A stretch of 64,000 nucleotides of DNA, from positions 32,001 to 96,000 of the IMG/VR virus record IMGVR_UViG_3300046318_000520, one strand, 5' to 3'. A program made the translations under genes and the position numbers. The DNA is from a virus. Shown one piece after another: positions 1 to 13,000 of the stretch (positions within the stretch are counted from its first letter, which is position 1; every line of letters starts with the position of its first letter). A model generated the notes under the pieces. It made no database searches. It was given only the letters and a program-made list of their open reading frames with translations, and was not told the origin of the DNA.

Positions 1-1
1 T

Positions 2-1813
2 GAGATATTTGATCCTACAGGTATTAGTTCATGGGATGATGTTTATCGTTCTTATAAGAAAAGTGGTTTTTCACCAGAAACTAATTTAGAAATATTTGGA
101 GCAATACCTTTATTAGGAAAAGTAGCTAAAGCAGGTCAGTATTTAGGAAAACTGGGTAAAGCTGCTGCCGTTACTGCCAGGCAAAAAAACAATGTAAAAG
201 CTGTATCTAAAGGTTTACAGGCTGCACCATATATTGGTCGTGGTACGGATGGTGCTCAAGCAGCACAGTCATTACCTTCTGCTCCCATAATGCCAAATTT
301 TGGTATGGATAATATGCCTTTTGGTATGGGTGGGTATATTCCAGATTTATCTAAATATCAGTCTAAAGGTCAGGTGGATGAGAATGATACAGATTATATA
401 CAAAGTATGTTTAGCATGGAGCAGCCTCAGAAGATGCCTGCTTTAAATCCTATTCCAGGCAGCATGCCTCCACAGGTAAACTATAATGGAAAGCAACAGG
501 CTTACCTATCTGATATGTACGGATCTGGTATGATGACTTTTGATAACAAGCAGCAGATGGACCTTACAGGTCAGGGGGTAAATAACTATGCCTGGGATTC
601 TTACGGTCAAAATCAAAGTGCATCTGGTAAGACTGCAGCAATGAGAGAAGCTGATAAGCCGTTTCAGATTGAGCAGCAAGAGGCTATTAATCCTATATAT
701 GGAGATGTAGAAAAATTACAAGGTATGCTTAATGTTGCTTCCAGAAAAGATCTAAAATCATCTGTTCAAGAGTTTAATAATACATATGGCTCAGACATGA
801 AGGTGCCTGGTTCTTATATGGGAGCGGATGGTAAAAAGGCTACCAGGAGAATAAACAACCTTTCTGATTTTCTGAGAAAGGGTATAAGCACCGCTTCTGG
901 TGTTACGGATGTTTTCAACATGAGAAAAGGTAAAAGAGAACAGGAATGGAGAGACCGTAACCTGGGATCAACCAGTTCACTATATCCTGTTGTTCCTGAG
1001 AACATGTCTGGAAACAGAGGGGATTATGTTGTCACCGGCAGTCGGTATGGAGATTTTCGTCCTGATGAAAAAACAGTAAACCTGGGACAGTATACCGGTA
1101 AGTTTTACCCACAGTCAAATATGCAATTTGGTGGTGGTATAATAGATGAACAACTTTCTTTACCAGAAGAACTTATGCAGGATCCAGCAGCTTCAATGGA
1201 AATACCAGAGGAGTCTAACGCAGCTTATGAAAATAATACAACGCCTGTAAATTTTAATCTGACTAAGGACTATAAAGAATACGCTACTATTGCCAACAAC
1301 TTTATAAAACAAGTTAATCCTGATACAGATATTACAGGTGAAATGCTTGCCTACGGGGCTCAGATGGCAGAAAAGAAATATGGTAAAACAGTACCGGTAG
1401 AACTTGCATTAGCTCAGTTGCAACAAGAAGGGTATCTGGCTAAAACAAATAAACCAAACCGTCCTCAAAGAACCAAGAACCCATTTAATGTAGGTAATAC
1501 AGATGATGGAAGCAACATACCACATAATGATCTGCAGAGTGGTATTGATAGTTACTATAAATTAATGGCTACTAATTATCTGTCTACAAGAACACCTGAT
1601 CAGCTACTGCAAAATTTTGTAAATAAAAGCGGAAACAGGTATGCCTCAGCTGAGAATTATGAGTCCAGTCTCAGAAACATAATAGCAAAGATTAATAAAA
1701 CCCGTCAGACTAAGTTTGAGGAAGGCGGCTTTGTAGAGGGAGATGTCTATGAACTATCCGAAGAACAGATAAGGTCTATACTTTCCACTGGTGGGAATGT
1801 AGAATTTTTGTAA
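2..1813 (+). CDS. Virion cargo protein with C-terminal glucosaminidase/muramidase-like domain (5'-partial; frame open from base 2)
   Basis: Frame of ORF 290..1813 is open back to base 2. The C-terminal ALAQLQQEG...NPFNVG...RYAS..Y pattern resembles GH73/lysozyme-like hydrolases. Repeated [FMY]xxGG motifs. Confidence 0.6.
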   Translation, partial: EIFDPTGISSWDDVYRSYKKSGFSPETNLEIFGAIPLLGKVAKAGQYLGKLGKAAAVTARQKNNVKAVSKGLQAAPYIGRGTDGAQAAQSLPSAPIMPNFGMDNMPFGMGGYIPDLSKYQSKGQVDENDTDYIQSMFSMEQPQKMPALNPIPGSMPPQVNYNGKQQAYLSDMYGSGMMTFDNKQQMDLTGQGVNNYAWDSYGQNQSASGKTAAMREADKPFQIEQQEAINPIYGDVEKLQGMLNVASRKDLKSSVQEFNNTYGSDMKVPGSYMGADGKKATRRINNLSDFLRKGISTASGVTDVFNMRKGKREQEWRDRNLGSTSSLYPVVPENMSGNRGDYVVTGSRYGDFRPDEKTVNLGQYTGKFYPQSNMQFGGGIIDEQLSLPEELMQDPAASMEIPEESNAAYENNTTPVNFNLTKDYKEYATIANNFIKQVNPDTDITGEMLAYGAQMAEKKYGKTVPVELALAQLQQEGYLAKTNKPNRPQRTKNPFNVGNTDDGSNIPHNDLQSGIDSYYKLMATNYLSTRTPDQLLQNFVNKSGNRYASAENYESSLRNIIAKINKTRQTKFEEGGFVEGDVYELSEEQIRSILSTGGNVEFL

Positions 1814-1833
1814 ATTTACAATATAAATAACGT

Positions 1834-3807
1834 ATGAAAACTTTCAAAGTTAGAATCACTAAATCCCCTGTAGAGCAGATGGCATACGGCGGTCAGTCCG
1901 GTTACGGGCTGGATCTCGGAAGAAGCAAGCTCTACACTGATATGGCTGAACTTCCTTCTGAAGGTGTAAGTTCTACAATGTCTGAAGAAGATGTATCTAA
2001 TGACGAGTATGTACTGGAAGCAGAAGGTGGAGAAACTATTGTACGCCCTGATGGTTCTCATTTTAATATTAACGGACCCAGGCATACGGCTAACGGGGTA
2101 AAACTTACAAACGAACAAGCTCCGGAAGGTTCTTTTATATTTTCTGATACTAAGAAAATGCGTATGAGTGGCCCGATGCTTTCCATGTTTGGCAAATCAG
2201 AGGCTTCTAAAAACAAGTATACTCCGGCTGAGCTGGCTAAGCAATACCCTACCAACAAGTATAGAGCTTTGGTAGATGACCCTAATGTAGACCCGCTTAC
2301 AAAAAAGACAGCTAACATGATGATTAAAAACAATATGACCAAGCTTGCACAGCTTGCCCTGGCTCAGGAGGGTATGAAAGGATTTCCTTCTGGTATTCCT
2401 GATATTGCCCAGAGCATCATGCCTATGGGAAACAGTCAGGAGATGGCTGAAGCAATGTATGGTGGGTATTACGCAGATGGTGGTGAACTTGACTTATACC
2501 AGGATAAGGGTCAGGTAACTCCTAAAAAACCTCAGTTAGTTGATAAAAAAGATATTGCCAGATATGAAGCTGATGGCTATAAAAAAGTTGGTCCAAATCT
2601 GTGGAGAAAACAAGGTAGTACCATAGAAACAAAAGATCCTATTATAACCAAAGGATCATCTACTACAAAAACTTCTCCGGGAATACCGGCACAAAAGGAT
2701 CAGTATAAAGGTCCAAAAATGTCTAACAGTGACTGGTTAAAGTTTTTACAAACTTCACAGGGTCAAAAGTACAAACAAAAATATATTACAGGCACACCAG
2801 GGGTTACTGAGAATGTTGTCATACCTGATAAAACAAATTGTCCTGACGGTTATACCCTAAATCCTACCACAGGTGTTTGTGAAAAAACTAATCCATACTC
2901 AGAAGAGATTACTATTAAAGATTCTTTAACACCAGGAAATCCTTCTAATCCTGTTTATCCAAACTATACATCAGGCAGGCTTCCTTTCTTTGGTTCCAGC
3001 TTGGGTGTTGCTCCATATAAGGAACAGTTCTACGGAGCTGACATGGACGCCATGATACCGGAGCCTACTTTTTATGATCCTGAGCGTGAGCTGGCGGCTA
3101 ATGCTGAGCAGGCTAACATAACACAGGGCTATGCAGCTAACTTTAGCAATCCCCAGGCTTTTATGGCCAATGCATCAGCCGTTCAGGGTAATGCCAGCAA
3201 GGCTGCTGCAGATACGTTAGGTAGATATAATAATCTAAATGTAGGTGTTGCCAATCAGTTTAGCCCGCTACAGACAGATATTATGAACAAGGTGATGGCT
3301 TATAGGGCAGACAGGGCTGATAAGCTTTTCTTTAATAATCAGCAGGGAAATAAGATGGATAAAAACAACCTGCGTCAATGGATGAATAACATAGAAAAGT
3401 ATAGAATAAATGACTATGTTACCAAGACCGGCATTGGTATGGAAAATGCAACCAATCCATACTTTGATCTGGTGCCTGGCAGAGGACAGATGAACATGCA
3501 AATGAAACCGGGAACTGACTGGTACAGTGCTGTAACAGGACAGAGTGCAGCTACTCCTGCAAGTTCAGAGCAAGATCTTGCTGAATATCTTAAAGCTGCT
3601 AAAGAATATGAATCACAAGGTATAAAGGAAAGCGTATTTATGCCTGCCCTGAAAAGAAGATTTCCAGGAATGTTTACAACTGTAACTGCCAACTCCGGCA
3701 GGGGTAATCAAATGGCTAACTATGCAAACCCTTACATGAATCTTTTAAACATGTACGGGGCCAGGGCAGCTTCTCCACTTAGCATGATAGATGCAGATTA
3801 CGAGTAA
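1834..3807 (+). CDS. crAss-like virion cargo/internal protein
   Basis: EAEGGE...GPRH..GV...FIFSD domain as seen in crAss-like internal proteins; xxGG motifs; small CPDGY...C disulfide motif; lies upstream of the vRNAP cluster. Confidence 0.6.
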   Translation: MKTFKVRITKSPVEQMAYGGQSGYGLDLGRSKLYTDMAELPSEGVSSTMSEEDVSNDEYVLEAEGGETIVRPDGSHFNINGPRHTANGVKLTNEQAPEGSFIFSDTKKMRMSGPMLSMFGKSEASKNKYTPAELAKQYPTNKYRALVDDPNVDPLTKKTANMMIKNNMTKLAQLALAQEGMKGFPSGIPDIAQSIMPMGNSQEMAEAMYGGYYADGGELDLYQDKGQVTPKKPQLVDKKDIARYEADGYKKVGPNLWRKQGSTIETKDPIITKGSSTTKTSPGIPAQKDQYKGPKMSNSDWLKFLQTSQGQKYKQKYITGTPGVTENVVIPDKTNCPDGYTLNPTTGVCEKTNPYSEEITIKDSLTPGNPSNPVYPNYTSGRLPFFGSSLGVAPYKEQFYGADMDAMIPEPTFYDPERELAANAEQANITQGYAANFSNPQAFMANASAVQGNASKAAADTLGRYNNLNVGVANQFSPLQTDIMNKVMAYRADRADKLFFNNQQGNKMDKNNLRQWMNNIEKYRINDYVTKTGIGMENATNPYFDLVPGRGQMNMQMKPGTDWYSAVTGQSAATPASSEQDLAEYLKAAKEYESQGIKESVFMPALKRRFPGMFTTVTANSGRGNQMANYANPYMNLLNMYGARAASPLSMIDADYE

Positions 3808-3846
3808 ACCTTAAAAGTTTAGTTTTAAACTTTTAATATTTTAAGT

Positions 3847-3862
3847 TATATTATATTATAGA
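3847..3862 (+). promoter_or_regulatory. Putative late promoter motif TATATTATATT(A/G)TAGA
   Basis: Near-identical 16-mer recurs at 44576-44591 (+, lysis cassette) and 54022-54037 (-, GIY-YIG gene), each upstream of a start codon. Confidence 0.5.
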
Positions 3863-3865
3863 CCT

Positions 3866-6800
3866 ATGGCACAATACGTACCCTATGTAGCTGAAGTTTT
3901 TCCAGAGCCCGCGTTATACAAACCGGACTTTAACTTTTTTGAACGAATGCTTCAAAAGAAGCAGTCTCTTTATGAACAGGGGGTAAGCCGAGTTCGTTCT
4001 TCTTATAACTCTGTACTGTCAGCTCCCTTGTCTGATGAGGCTAACATACCTCTTCGTGATCAGTATGTCAAAGATGCCAGGGAAAAACTTAAGAGTATAT
4101 CCTCAGCGGATCTCTCAATGCCTCAAAACATTGCGTCAGCTGAAGGTATATTTGCTCCATTCTGGGAAGACAAGATGATATTGCAGGATGCCAGTCTTAC
4201 AAAATGGTACCAGGGTGAGGCACAAAAACTCAGTGCCTGGAAAAATTCTACAGATCCAAAGATTCGTTCAAAGTATAACGGTATAGCTGAACAGTATCTA
4301 ATGGATGGTCATGAAAAGCTTAGAAAGGCAGGACGTAATGAGCAGGCTTACGCCAGCATTGAAAAACGCCAGGCCACACCTTTTGAAAACATACAGGAAT
4401 ACTTGCAACAGCAGGCTAAAGATCAGGGTATGGACATCAAAAATGATGACCCGGCTGGTCCATATTTAATTCAGACAATTAACGGAGAGCGTTCTAAAAA
4501 GAAATATGCTACCTGGGCATCTGCCATGATGGGTAATAACTTCTATGAGCAGTTTAAAGTGACCGGTATTGTAGAAAAAGAACAGCGTGCCAAAGCTTTT
4601 AAAAAGATGAACCCCAATCTTTCTGATCAGGATATAGACAAAATGATTGGTGATGATGCTATTTACGAACTGGACAAAGGTTTCAAAAAACGTGTAGAGG
4701 AAGTAGATGTTGAACTGGCTAAAGTAAACTCTTTGCTTGGCTCACTGCCTGCACAAGGTGGTGAAAAGGAAGCTCAAATCTATGAAAGACTTATAGATGA
4801 AAGAACACAGCTCTTGTCTAAGAAGTCAGGCATAAATGAAGAATATAAATACTTTGATGAGCCGTCTAAGACAAGATTAAAAGAAGCTATTGCAGGTAAC
4901 CCGGATGCTTATTTTGCACAACTTGCAAAACAACGTACAGTGGATAACTGGGCTACAGGCAGGGCAAGTGTTGATAGCAAGCTTGTAAAAGAAAATAGTG
5001 CATGGACAGCTGCTGAAGGTATTCAGTTAAGAAGGCAAGAGTTAGCAGTAACTAAGCAAAAAGCTGAATGGGACAGAGAGCAAAATCTTTGGGAACGTGC
5101 AAACCCCACTGCAGGAAAAGGTACTAAGACAACTACACTTAAAAATGCCAATGGTGATGATATAACACCTCCTGTAGAAGGGCTTGACAGGGAAAATTCT
5201 ATGATGTACCGTGGTTTGTCAGGTATTGACATTACTAAAAATGCAGGTACGGCTTTGGATGTTTTTAACAAAATTCAGACCAGGGATTATATGGAAAGTT
5301 ATAATCTGATATTTGATCAAAGAGGTATTTTAGGTCTTGCTAAAAAAGGTCTTGGTCTAAACGAATCAGAAATATCTTATGTAGCCACTGCGTTGCAAAA
5401 AGAAAATGAATCAGCAGGTGCTCATAAGTTTACTAAAGAAGAAAGAGAAGCCAGTAATAAGCTGACAAAAGCTCTTGAAAGTAATGAAGCTGTAAAAAAC
5501 TCAGGTATTAAAGTAGCAGGACCCGCCACTTTACGACAAGCTATGCTTGTATATGCTAAAGATTATTTTAGCCAAAGAAACGCTAACAGTAAAGATGGTA
5601 ATGATATAGCGTTGGATAAAAATGAGCTTGATATGCTGCTCAGGTATACAACAGCTGTACAAAAACTTGACAGGTATAATCAGAATGAAACCAAGCGTGA
5701 AGAGCTTATTAAAAAGAATATACTTACAAATAAAAACTATGCTCCATTAGTTGTTGACAGGGGTGGAAAAAAAGATCTGATTTCTATTTCTGACATGTCT
5801 AAAAACTTTAAATCTACAAAATTTCAAACAGAAGACGGGGAGTCAATGGACTTTTCAAGTGAAGATATTGCCAGGGCTTATTTTAATGGATCATTATCTA
5901 CTTATATGCCTACTGGATTTGCTGCACTAAATGCATCAGCAGGAGCGCAGGGTGGTAATGTTATTGCAGGTTATACAATTACAGGAGCTGACGGTAAAAA
6001 ATATAATGCCATAGCATCTACTAACTTGTTTAAGTCAGCTTTAAATACCCAATCTCAAGGTCTTGCTGAACTGGACAATGGAGTCAGAGAATTAGATAAA
6101 AGATTTAAGTCATCACAGGACTTTTCAAAACTTATAAGAGGCGCCCAGGAGTCTGTTGTACCTGATCTATTGATGTACAAAGGACAAACAGGTAAACAGG
6201 GTACAGCATGGACATTGATAACCAAACCTAATAAATCAATGGCTGATGGTGACACAGCTGCTGCTGTAATAGACCAGGCTTTGAATATTTCAAATGGTGA
6301 TATTTATAATGAAAATGGTAGTAGAGTAGATGCAACTACTGTGCGTGATATCAGAGCCCTTTTGAAATCTGAAAAAAACATGGAAGATTTTGTCTCTGTG
6401 GAATATATTCCCCAGGGTGTAAATGGACAGCGTACACTCAGGTTATATTTTAACAACGCCATGTCTAATGATGCAAAGACAACAATTGGTGCAACCAATA
6501 TTGCCAGTTTATCCGAACAAACATTTGATGTTGTGATTAAAGATGGGGCAACCGCTCCTGCTTTGGACAACTTACCTAACAGTACCGGTTACCAGGTTTA
6601 TGATATGCTTGCCAGGGGAAAGGTTTTTAAAAGTGATGAAGTAATCAATGCCTCAGGTTTTAAATTCAGCATTACACCTAACAAACTTACAAGTGAAGGT
6701 TCTGCAGATGAAAAGCCTGAATATGTAACTGTTGATCTTGAGTATAACCTGCGTGTTAATAAAAAAGATGCGTCAGGAAAAATTGTCAGTACTGTTGAAC

Positions 6801-7015
6801 CCAAGACAGTCAGTGATAAATTTAATCTTTCCGGCACAGGTGCCAAAAGCCCTGATGAAATAGTTGGTTACCTCTATAAGCTATACTATGACAACCTATT
6901 GCAAAATAGAAGTACACAGGAAGAGTATGAATCTTATATAAAAAATACACCAGCTGCTCGTGTATTTAACCGTGACGAATTTTTCAAACGTGATGGTGTT
7001 GTGTTATCAAAATAA
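3866..7015 (+). CDS. Large virion cargo/ejection protein (1049 aa)
   Basis: Long, helical-looking ORF with no Cys seen, immediately upstream of the vRNAP; synteny with the crAss-like ejection module. Confidence 0.6.
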   Translation: MAQYVPYVAEVFPEPALYKPDFNFFERMLQKKQSLYEQGVSRVRSSYNSVLSAPLSDEANIPLRDQYVKDAREKLKSISSADLSMPQNIASAEGIFAPFWEDKMILQDASLTKWYQGEAQKLSAWKNSTDPKIRSKYNGIAEQYLMDGHEKLRKAGRNEQAYASIEKRQATPFENIQEYLQQQAKDQGMDIKNDDPAGPYLIQTINGERSKKKYATWASAMMGNNFYEQFKVTGIVEKEQRAKAFKKMNPNLSDQDIDKMIGDDAIYELDKGFKKRVEEVDVELAKVNSLLGSLPAQGGEKEAQIYERLIDERTQLLSKKSGINEEYKYFDEPSKTRLKEAIAGNPDAYFAQLAKQRTVDNWATGRASVDSKLVKENSAWTAAEGIQLRRQELAVTKQKAEWDREQNLWERANPTAGKGTKTTTLKNANGDDITPPVEGLDRENSMMYRGLSGIDITKNAGTALDVFNKIQTRDYMESYNLIFDQRGILGLAKKGLGLNESEISYVATALQKENESAGAHKFTKEEREASNKLTKALESNEAVKNSGIKVAGPATLRQAMLVYAKDYFSQRNANSKDGNDIALDKNELDMLLRYTTAVQKLDRYNQNETKREELIKKNILTNKNYAPLVVDRGGKKDLISISDMSKNFKSTKFQTEDGESMDFSSEDIARAYFNGSLSTYMPTGFAALNASAGAQGGNVIAGYTITGADGKKYNAIASTNLFKSALNTQSQGLAELDNGVRELDKRFKSSQDFSKLIRGAQESVVPDLLMYKGQTGKQGTAWTLITKPNKSMADGDTAAAVIDQALNISNGDIYNENGSRVDATTVRDIRALLKSEKNMEDFVSVEYIPQGVNGQRTLRLYFNNAMSNDAKTTIGATNIASLSEQTFDVVIKDGATAPALDNLPNSTGYQVYDMLARGKVFKSDEVINASGFKFSITPNKLTSEGSADEKPEYVTVDLEYNLRVNKKDASGKIVSTVEPKTVSDKFNLSGTGAKSPDEIVGYLYKLYYDNLLQNRSTQEEYESYIKNTPAARVFNRDEFFKRDGVVLSK

Positions 7016-7038
7016 TTAATCATTAAAGATAGATATAA

Positions 7039-10000
7039 ATGGCAGTTCCTACTGGTGTTATTCCTGAAGAATTAATGGGTGCGTATTCAGAAGATCCTTT
7101 TCTTTCTTTACCGGCTCAATCAGAGCTTGGTATGTTAGACCTGATAGGTAACACAGGTATGAGTCAGGGACCTGCTGTACAGGATGCTGTACAAAACGGC
7201 CTGGATGCATTTGCAAAACAACCAACAAGTATGGAAACCTTGTCGGCTCCCAGGTTTTTTGACTATGAAGGAGCTCAGACAGACAGGTACAAGCAATCTG
7301 ATAATTTCAGGGAGCTTGGATTTGATCCATTTGGAGGAACAGAAAACGAATACAAGTACGGTGCCCGCCAGACATGGGGTGACGTATGGAGTAATGGTTT
7401 AAGCGGTATGTTTAAGCTGGCCGGTAATACTTATTTGGAAGGATGGAAAGGCTGGGGTAACCTGGCTGATGCTGTTTATTCTGACGGCAACTGGTTTAAT
7501 GCTGATAAGTTAATGGGTTCTTCTGAAGAACTTTTGGCTCAGGATAAGGCTACTAAGGATATTATGAACAAGTATGCCATCTTTTCTACACCTGAAAGTG
7601 AAGAAGGTTTGTTCAACAGGAAGTTCTTTGGTGACATGTTGCAGCAATCAGGTTTTGCCGTAGGCGCCATAGGACAGTTTCTGACAGAGGAGCTTATAAC
7701 CATGGGACTTTCTACAGAATTTTCCCTGGCTAAACTGGGTATAAAGGCACCGGCGTGGGCTGGTAAAGTTGTAACTAAAGCTGACATAGCTGCTGATATT
7801 GTTAAGTTGGGTAATCCTGTAGTGCAGTCAACAAGATTATCTGAGGCACTTGTACAAGGTGCTCGTAGCATAGTTCCGTTTGCTGACATGGCTTATGATA
7901 TTAACCGGTATAAAAAAGCCGGAGCTGGAGCCTTACAAATAGCTTCTATTGGAGCAGGTGGTGTAAGGCGTTTTTTATCAGAGGCCAACATGGCTATGAC
8001 TGAGGCTCGTATGGAGGCTGCCGGTACTTATGGAGAGCTGTATAATAAACTTTATGATGAGTCTTTAAATGCAACAGGTCAGGCACCTTCTGGTCTAGAG
8101 CTTAACAATATGGAAAAGACAGCTAAAGATGCTGCCTTTGATAACTTTATGGTAAACACCGGCATTTTGATGCTGTCTAATCGTCTGCAGTTTGATAATC
8201 TGTTCAGCAAATTTGGTGTTGGTAGAAATGTATTGGGAGCTGCCGGTGAATACGCTGATGATGTATTAAAAGTAACAGGAAAAAGAGCAGGTCAGGAGGC
8301 CGTAGAAAACTTTACCAAGACATATGCCAAAGGTCGTTTTGGTACATTAGGTGTCCTTGGAGGTATAGCTGCTGATTTTGGAAAGAAACGTGCAGCCTGG
8401 GAAGCTACAAAGTCTTTTGGTAAGAATTTGTTTAAATGGGAAGCTTCCGAAGGTATCCAGGAACTATTACAAGAGGGATCAAACAAGGGACTGCAGGACT
8501 ACTACTATGATCTATACCATGGTAACAAGGGATATGACAGTAAAACGGATGCTATGCTTAGCAGCATTCAGAATCCTTTGACAGACCTGGAAGGTGCAAA
8601 GACATTTCTTATGGGTGCCCTTACAGGAAGGTTGCTTTCCCCGATTAACTTTGCAATGGGCTCTGCTAAAAAGTATGCAAGTACCACGGCTGAACAAAGA
8701 GCAGAACGTACAGCAGATCTTGAAAAGACTGTTTTTACAATAAATGCGTTTTATGAAAATCCTCAGCTGTTTTTAAACGAACATATTGCCAACGTAAAGG
8801 TCCAGGACAGGGCAGCTAAAAATATGGAAGAGGCGGTTGTTAACCGTGACAAGTACCAGTTTGTGAATAACAAAGACGGTGCGTTTGCCAAGCTTATGTC
8901 TGCAGCCATGAAAACAGATATGTACAAGGCTGTAACAGATACTATTCGTGGCTATGGAGAAAACTTCAACGATGAGGATTTCAAGAAAGCTTTTGGTATT
9001 GACAAGACAGAAGAAAACATGTCTTCTGTAAAGGATTATTTTAATAAGATAGCAGACGAAACAGACAGCTTCCAGAAAAACTGGAAGGCGTTAAAAGAAA
9101 AATACGGTGACAGGGTGCTACTGGATTTATACAAAGAGGGTACACCTGAGCGTAAAACAGCTCTGATGGCTAAGCGTGCTTTGGATGACGCCTTGGAAAT
9201 ACTGGCTACTAATAATTATAAGGCAACCAGGTCTGCAGAAAGAGCTGTTAAGTTACAAACAGATATGGCTGCTATTCCTGTATTGGGTAGTTCTGCCGCA
9301 GCTGCATTCCGTAACCTGGCCGTTGTACAAAACACGGCTAAGGAAACAGAGCTTATAGAGCAAGAGTTAAAGAGCCTGGAGCTTGTAGAGAAAAAAGACA
9401 GGGCCACTAAAGAGCTTATCAAAACAAAAAAAGAACAGCTTAAGAGTCTAAAAGACTGGAGTGAAAACTATGAGGTTCTGAAAGGCCAGGGGGTCAAGCA
9501 AAAACGCAAGTTTAAAAAAGCTGTTAAGGCATTTGAAAACTATTTCAGGTCTAAGAACATGGAGTCTGGTATTACCCAGGAAGTTAAACTTGATCAGATA
9601 GATGAGATTTATACTAATCTGATAGATTACATTGAGCTTAATAATGATAGCAAAGACTATATAGATGCTTATAATATAATAGCTAATCCTATTAAGTTTG
9701 CCCAGGTGCATGCTAGATTATTAGATGCCATGGAAGTGACAGGTAATAAGCTAAATGCAGAACACCTTCAAGAAGCAGCAAATGCATTAAATCCACAGGC
9801 ACCTCCTGCTGGTAACCCTCAACAACCTGGTGGATCACCTTCTACTGAGGCTCCTGATTTTATGCAGTATTTAAAAGATGCATGGGATTCACAGACTGTT
9901 ACAGGATCCACTACATTACCATTTGATGAATGGTTAAAATCTCCTGTAGCCAAAACATTTACAGAGCTTTATAATAAAAAGTATAACAAGACTGAAAAAT

Positions 10001-13000
10001 TGGGCAGTACCAGCAATGAATTAGCTGTCCTTAAAAATGATCTATTAAACAATACACTCACAAAGGAATATTTAGAAAGCTTTAATGAAAGGCTTAGTAA
10101 AATACTTAACCTGCCTATTATAAAAGTACAAGAACTTTATGATCAGTTTCAGAAAGCATTAGACCCTAAGCAGGTAGAAAAAGATATTGCTGAAATGGGC
10201 TTTCCTGAAAACCCTACAGCTGAACAGGTTTTCCAGACAGTTAGCAAATACCTGCTGCCTAAATTTATTGATAGCCTTATTAACGCCGGATCTACTGAAG
10301 GTGGTAATATAGTTGGCTCTGATAAAGCCAACATGGAAGTTATAGAACTTCCTGCAATGAAAATAAAGTTAACAAAGCCTGCTCTTTTTGAAGGGGAAAA
10401 ACTTGTTGATGACGGTAAAAACGGAGTGTTTATTATAGAGACCGGTTTAGTAGCTGATCAGGCTAAACGTGATGAACTTATGAAGTTGATGGGTGCTGGC
10501 TCAACGGCAGGTGCCCCGGTTACAGCATTTATTGTTGTTAACTCTGATAGAGTAGATCCTGTAACATTAAGCAGTGATCTTGTAAGGTATCAAAAGAAAT
10601 CTGAAGCTTATACCGTAAGGGATGAGGCAATTAAAAACAGGGAACTGCAGGATAAAAAATCCAGATCATGGTACCAATTTGATGGTAAGGAAGTAAGAGC
10701 AGGCCTTGTTCTTACAAATAAGGATGGTAAATCCTTTGTTGTTGCCACAACGGGGCAGCCTTATTTTGCAAAGGATGATGTAGACAAAAAAGTTCCTTTA
10801 ATTAAAATTACCATGCTGCGTAATAACTCACGCACTAATACACATAGTTTTATATCCAGCTTAGAAGGATATAACATCAAACAAAAGGTTGAAAAGTTAA
10901 GCACAGGAGAACCTGTAGACACCAATACCTTTCGTTTATTTCGTACAGAAGAGCTGTCTCGTATCTTTCCTAACAAAGCAGCTAATGAGAGTAAGGAGGA
11001 TGCACAGAAAAGACTGGATACTCTTTTGAAAAACACAGATCCTAAAGAACTTCTTGCTGGTCTGTCTATTACTGTTTCAGAAAACCCAGGAACTCGTAGT
11101 TCAAAAAATGCAGGTGCTGATAGTGATAAAACACCTAATTCCAACCTTATACAATATGGTGATAAGTATCAGATTCAGATTAGTTATAAAGGACAAACTA
11201 TTGGTTTTTTAACTAACTATGATCATTTAAGGTTTGTAACTGCCAATGGTACACCTGTACCTATGAGCAATCTTACGCTTGATCAGTTTAGAAGCATTTT
11301 TGATTCTCAGGGTAAGGATCCAAAAGAACAAATGGAACTGTTCAAACGTGCGTATGAAAATTCCAGAAAAGTATATATTGCGCTGACCAAGAACATAAAG
11401 CCTGGTCAACCTGTATCTTTTACACCTGAACAAGTAGCTAAGATCTTAACAGTAAATATTGGGGCCGGTGAGTTTGACTTTGTACCAAAGACAGAAAAGG
11501 GAGTAACTTATGATGAGCTTCCTTTTAAAACAATCAATGGTTATTATTATATACTGGATCGTTCCAAGCGTTATGGCAAAGGTTACACTTTCTCAGTGAC
11601 TGAAAATGCTATTACCAATGCAAAAGGTGATGACCGTAAACAGATTGAAAAAGAAATAAAACTAATCAGGCAGCAGCGTGATGCTACAGAACAGCTTGGT
11701 CGTTACGTAGCTGTTATAAAACTACCCAATGGTAAGATAAGGTTTGTTGAACTGAATACAGAAGCAATGGCTGATACTCAGTTGAATGATATAATCACCA
11801 AGTTGAATGAACGCAGTGAAATCACTAAACGTGATAACCTGCAGGAAGGGCTCAATGAAAAGAAAGAGGTTATTCAAAACCGTAAGAAGATAGATTTTAA
11901 TGAAGAGCTAAATTCAGAGCTTGCTCAACAGTTGTTTCTTTCTGTACCCCAGGCTAATAAAGGAACCTACATAAACTTTTCTATTACAGATACTGGTAAC
12001 CTGGAACTTGCTTTTCATAAAAAAGTGGATAATAAAGATATCCGCAGGTCAGTTGTGGTCATGGGTAAGTCTGGCAAGGATCCAATTAATATCAAAAATA
12101 TTGATGATTTAATTAGCAGGATAAATGCTGCTATAGAGCGTCATGATAAATCATTTGCCAAGCGTGAAGTTGATCAGATTGGAATTACATTAAAAAAAGA
12201 AAACTTTAAACAGTCTACTCCGGATACATCTTATATTGATGATGTAAAAGGACTGAGGTCTAATGTTTCTGCAGATATTAGTAAGAATATACCTTTAACC
12301 ATTAAAGCGTCTTCAGATCTTAATATTCCGGAAATAACACCTGCACCTGCAGGAAATGCAGCCAACAAAGGTCAGGCTGATAGCAGTGGTATTGATCCAG
12401 CTATGAGAGCTGCCTTTTTTAAGGAAATGGGTGTAGAGGATACTACTAAGGGGCAGTCTCCTGCTCCAGGACAGCAACCTACTGAAACACCACTTCAGGC
12501 TTTATACGCACAACTTAATAGTCTTAAAAGTGAAAAAGAACTTGAGACTATAAAGCGCAGGGATGAAAAGATTGCTGCCGGTCAAAGACCATCTTTGGCA
12601 ATGCTTGAAGCTAATGATGAATCTTCTGCTATATATGATAAAAAGATTAAAGAGGCACAAGCCAAGGTAAATGCAGAAAAGAACTCAAACAAAGGTTCTG
12701 CACTTAAAGTTCTTGATAAACCATTCTTTGATCAGAACAGTATTGTAAGCATAGACAGGTTTCGTAAATACATCAGTAGAGTTTTAGGTGATAAAGTATC
12801 TGTCCAGGAAATGGATATGATAGCTGATAACTTAAAAAATAACAACATTACAGTAGGTAAGTTTATTGCCTACATGGAGTCAGTAAGAAAGGGAAGTCCT
12901 GTTGTAAAAGGTCGTATTGAGGTGGGTGAAAACACACCTTTTAAATACCATGAGGCATTTCACGCTGTATTCCGTTTGATGCTTACTGATGCACAAGTGG

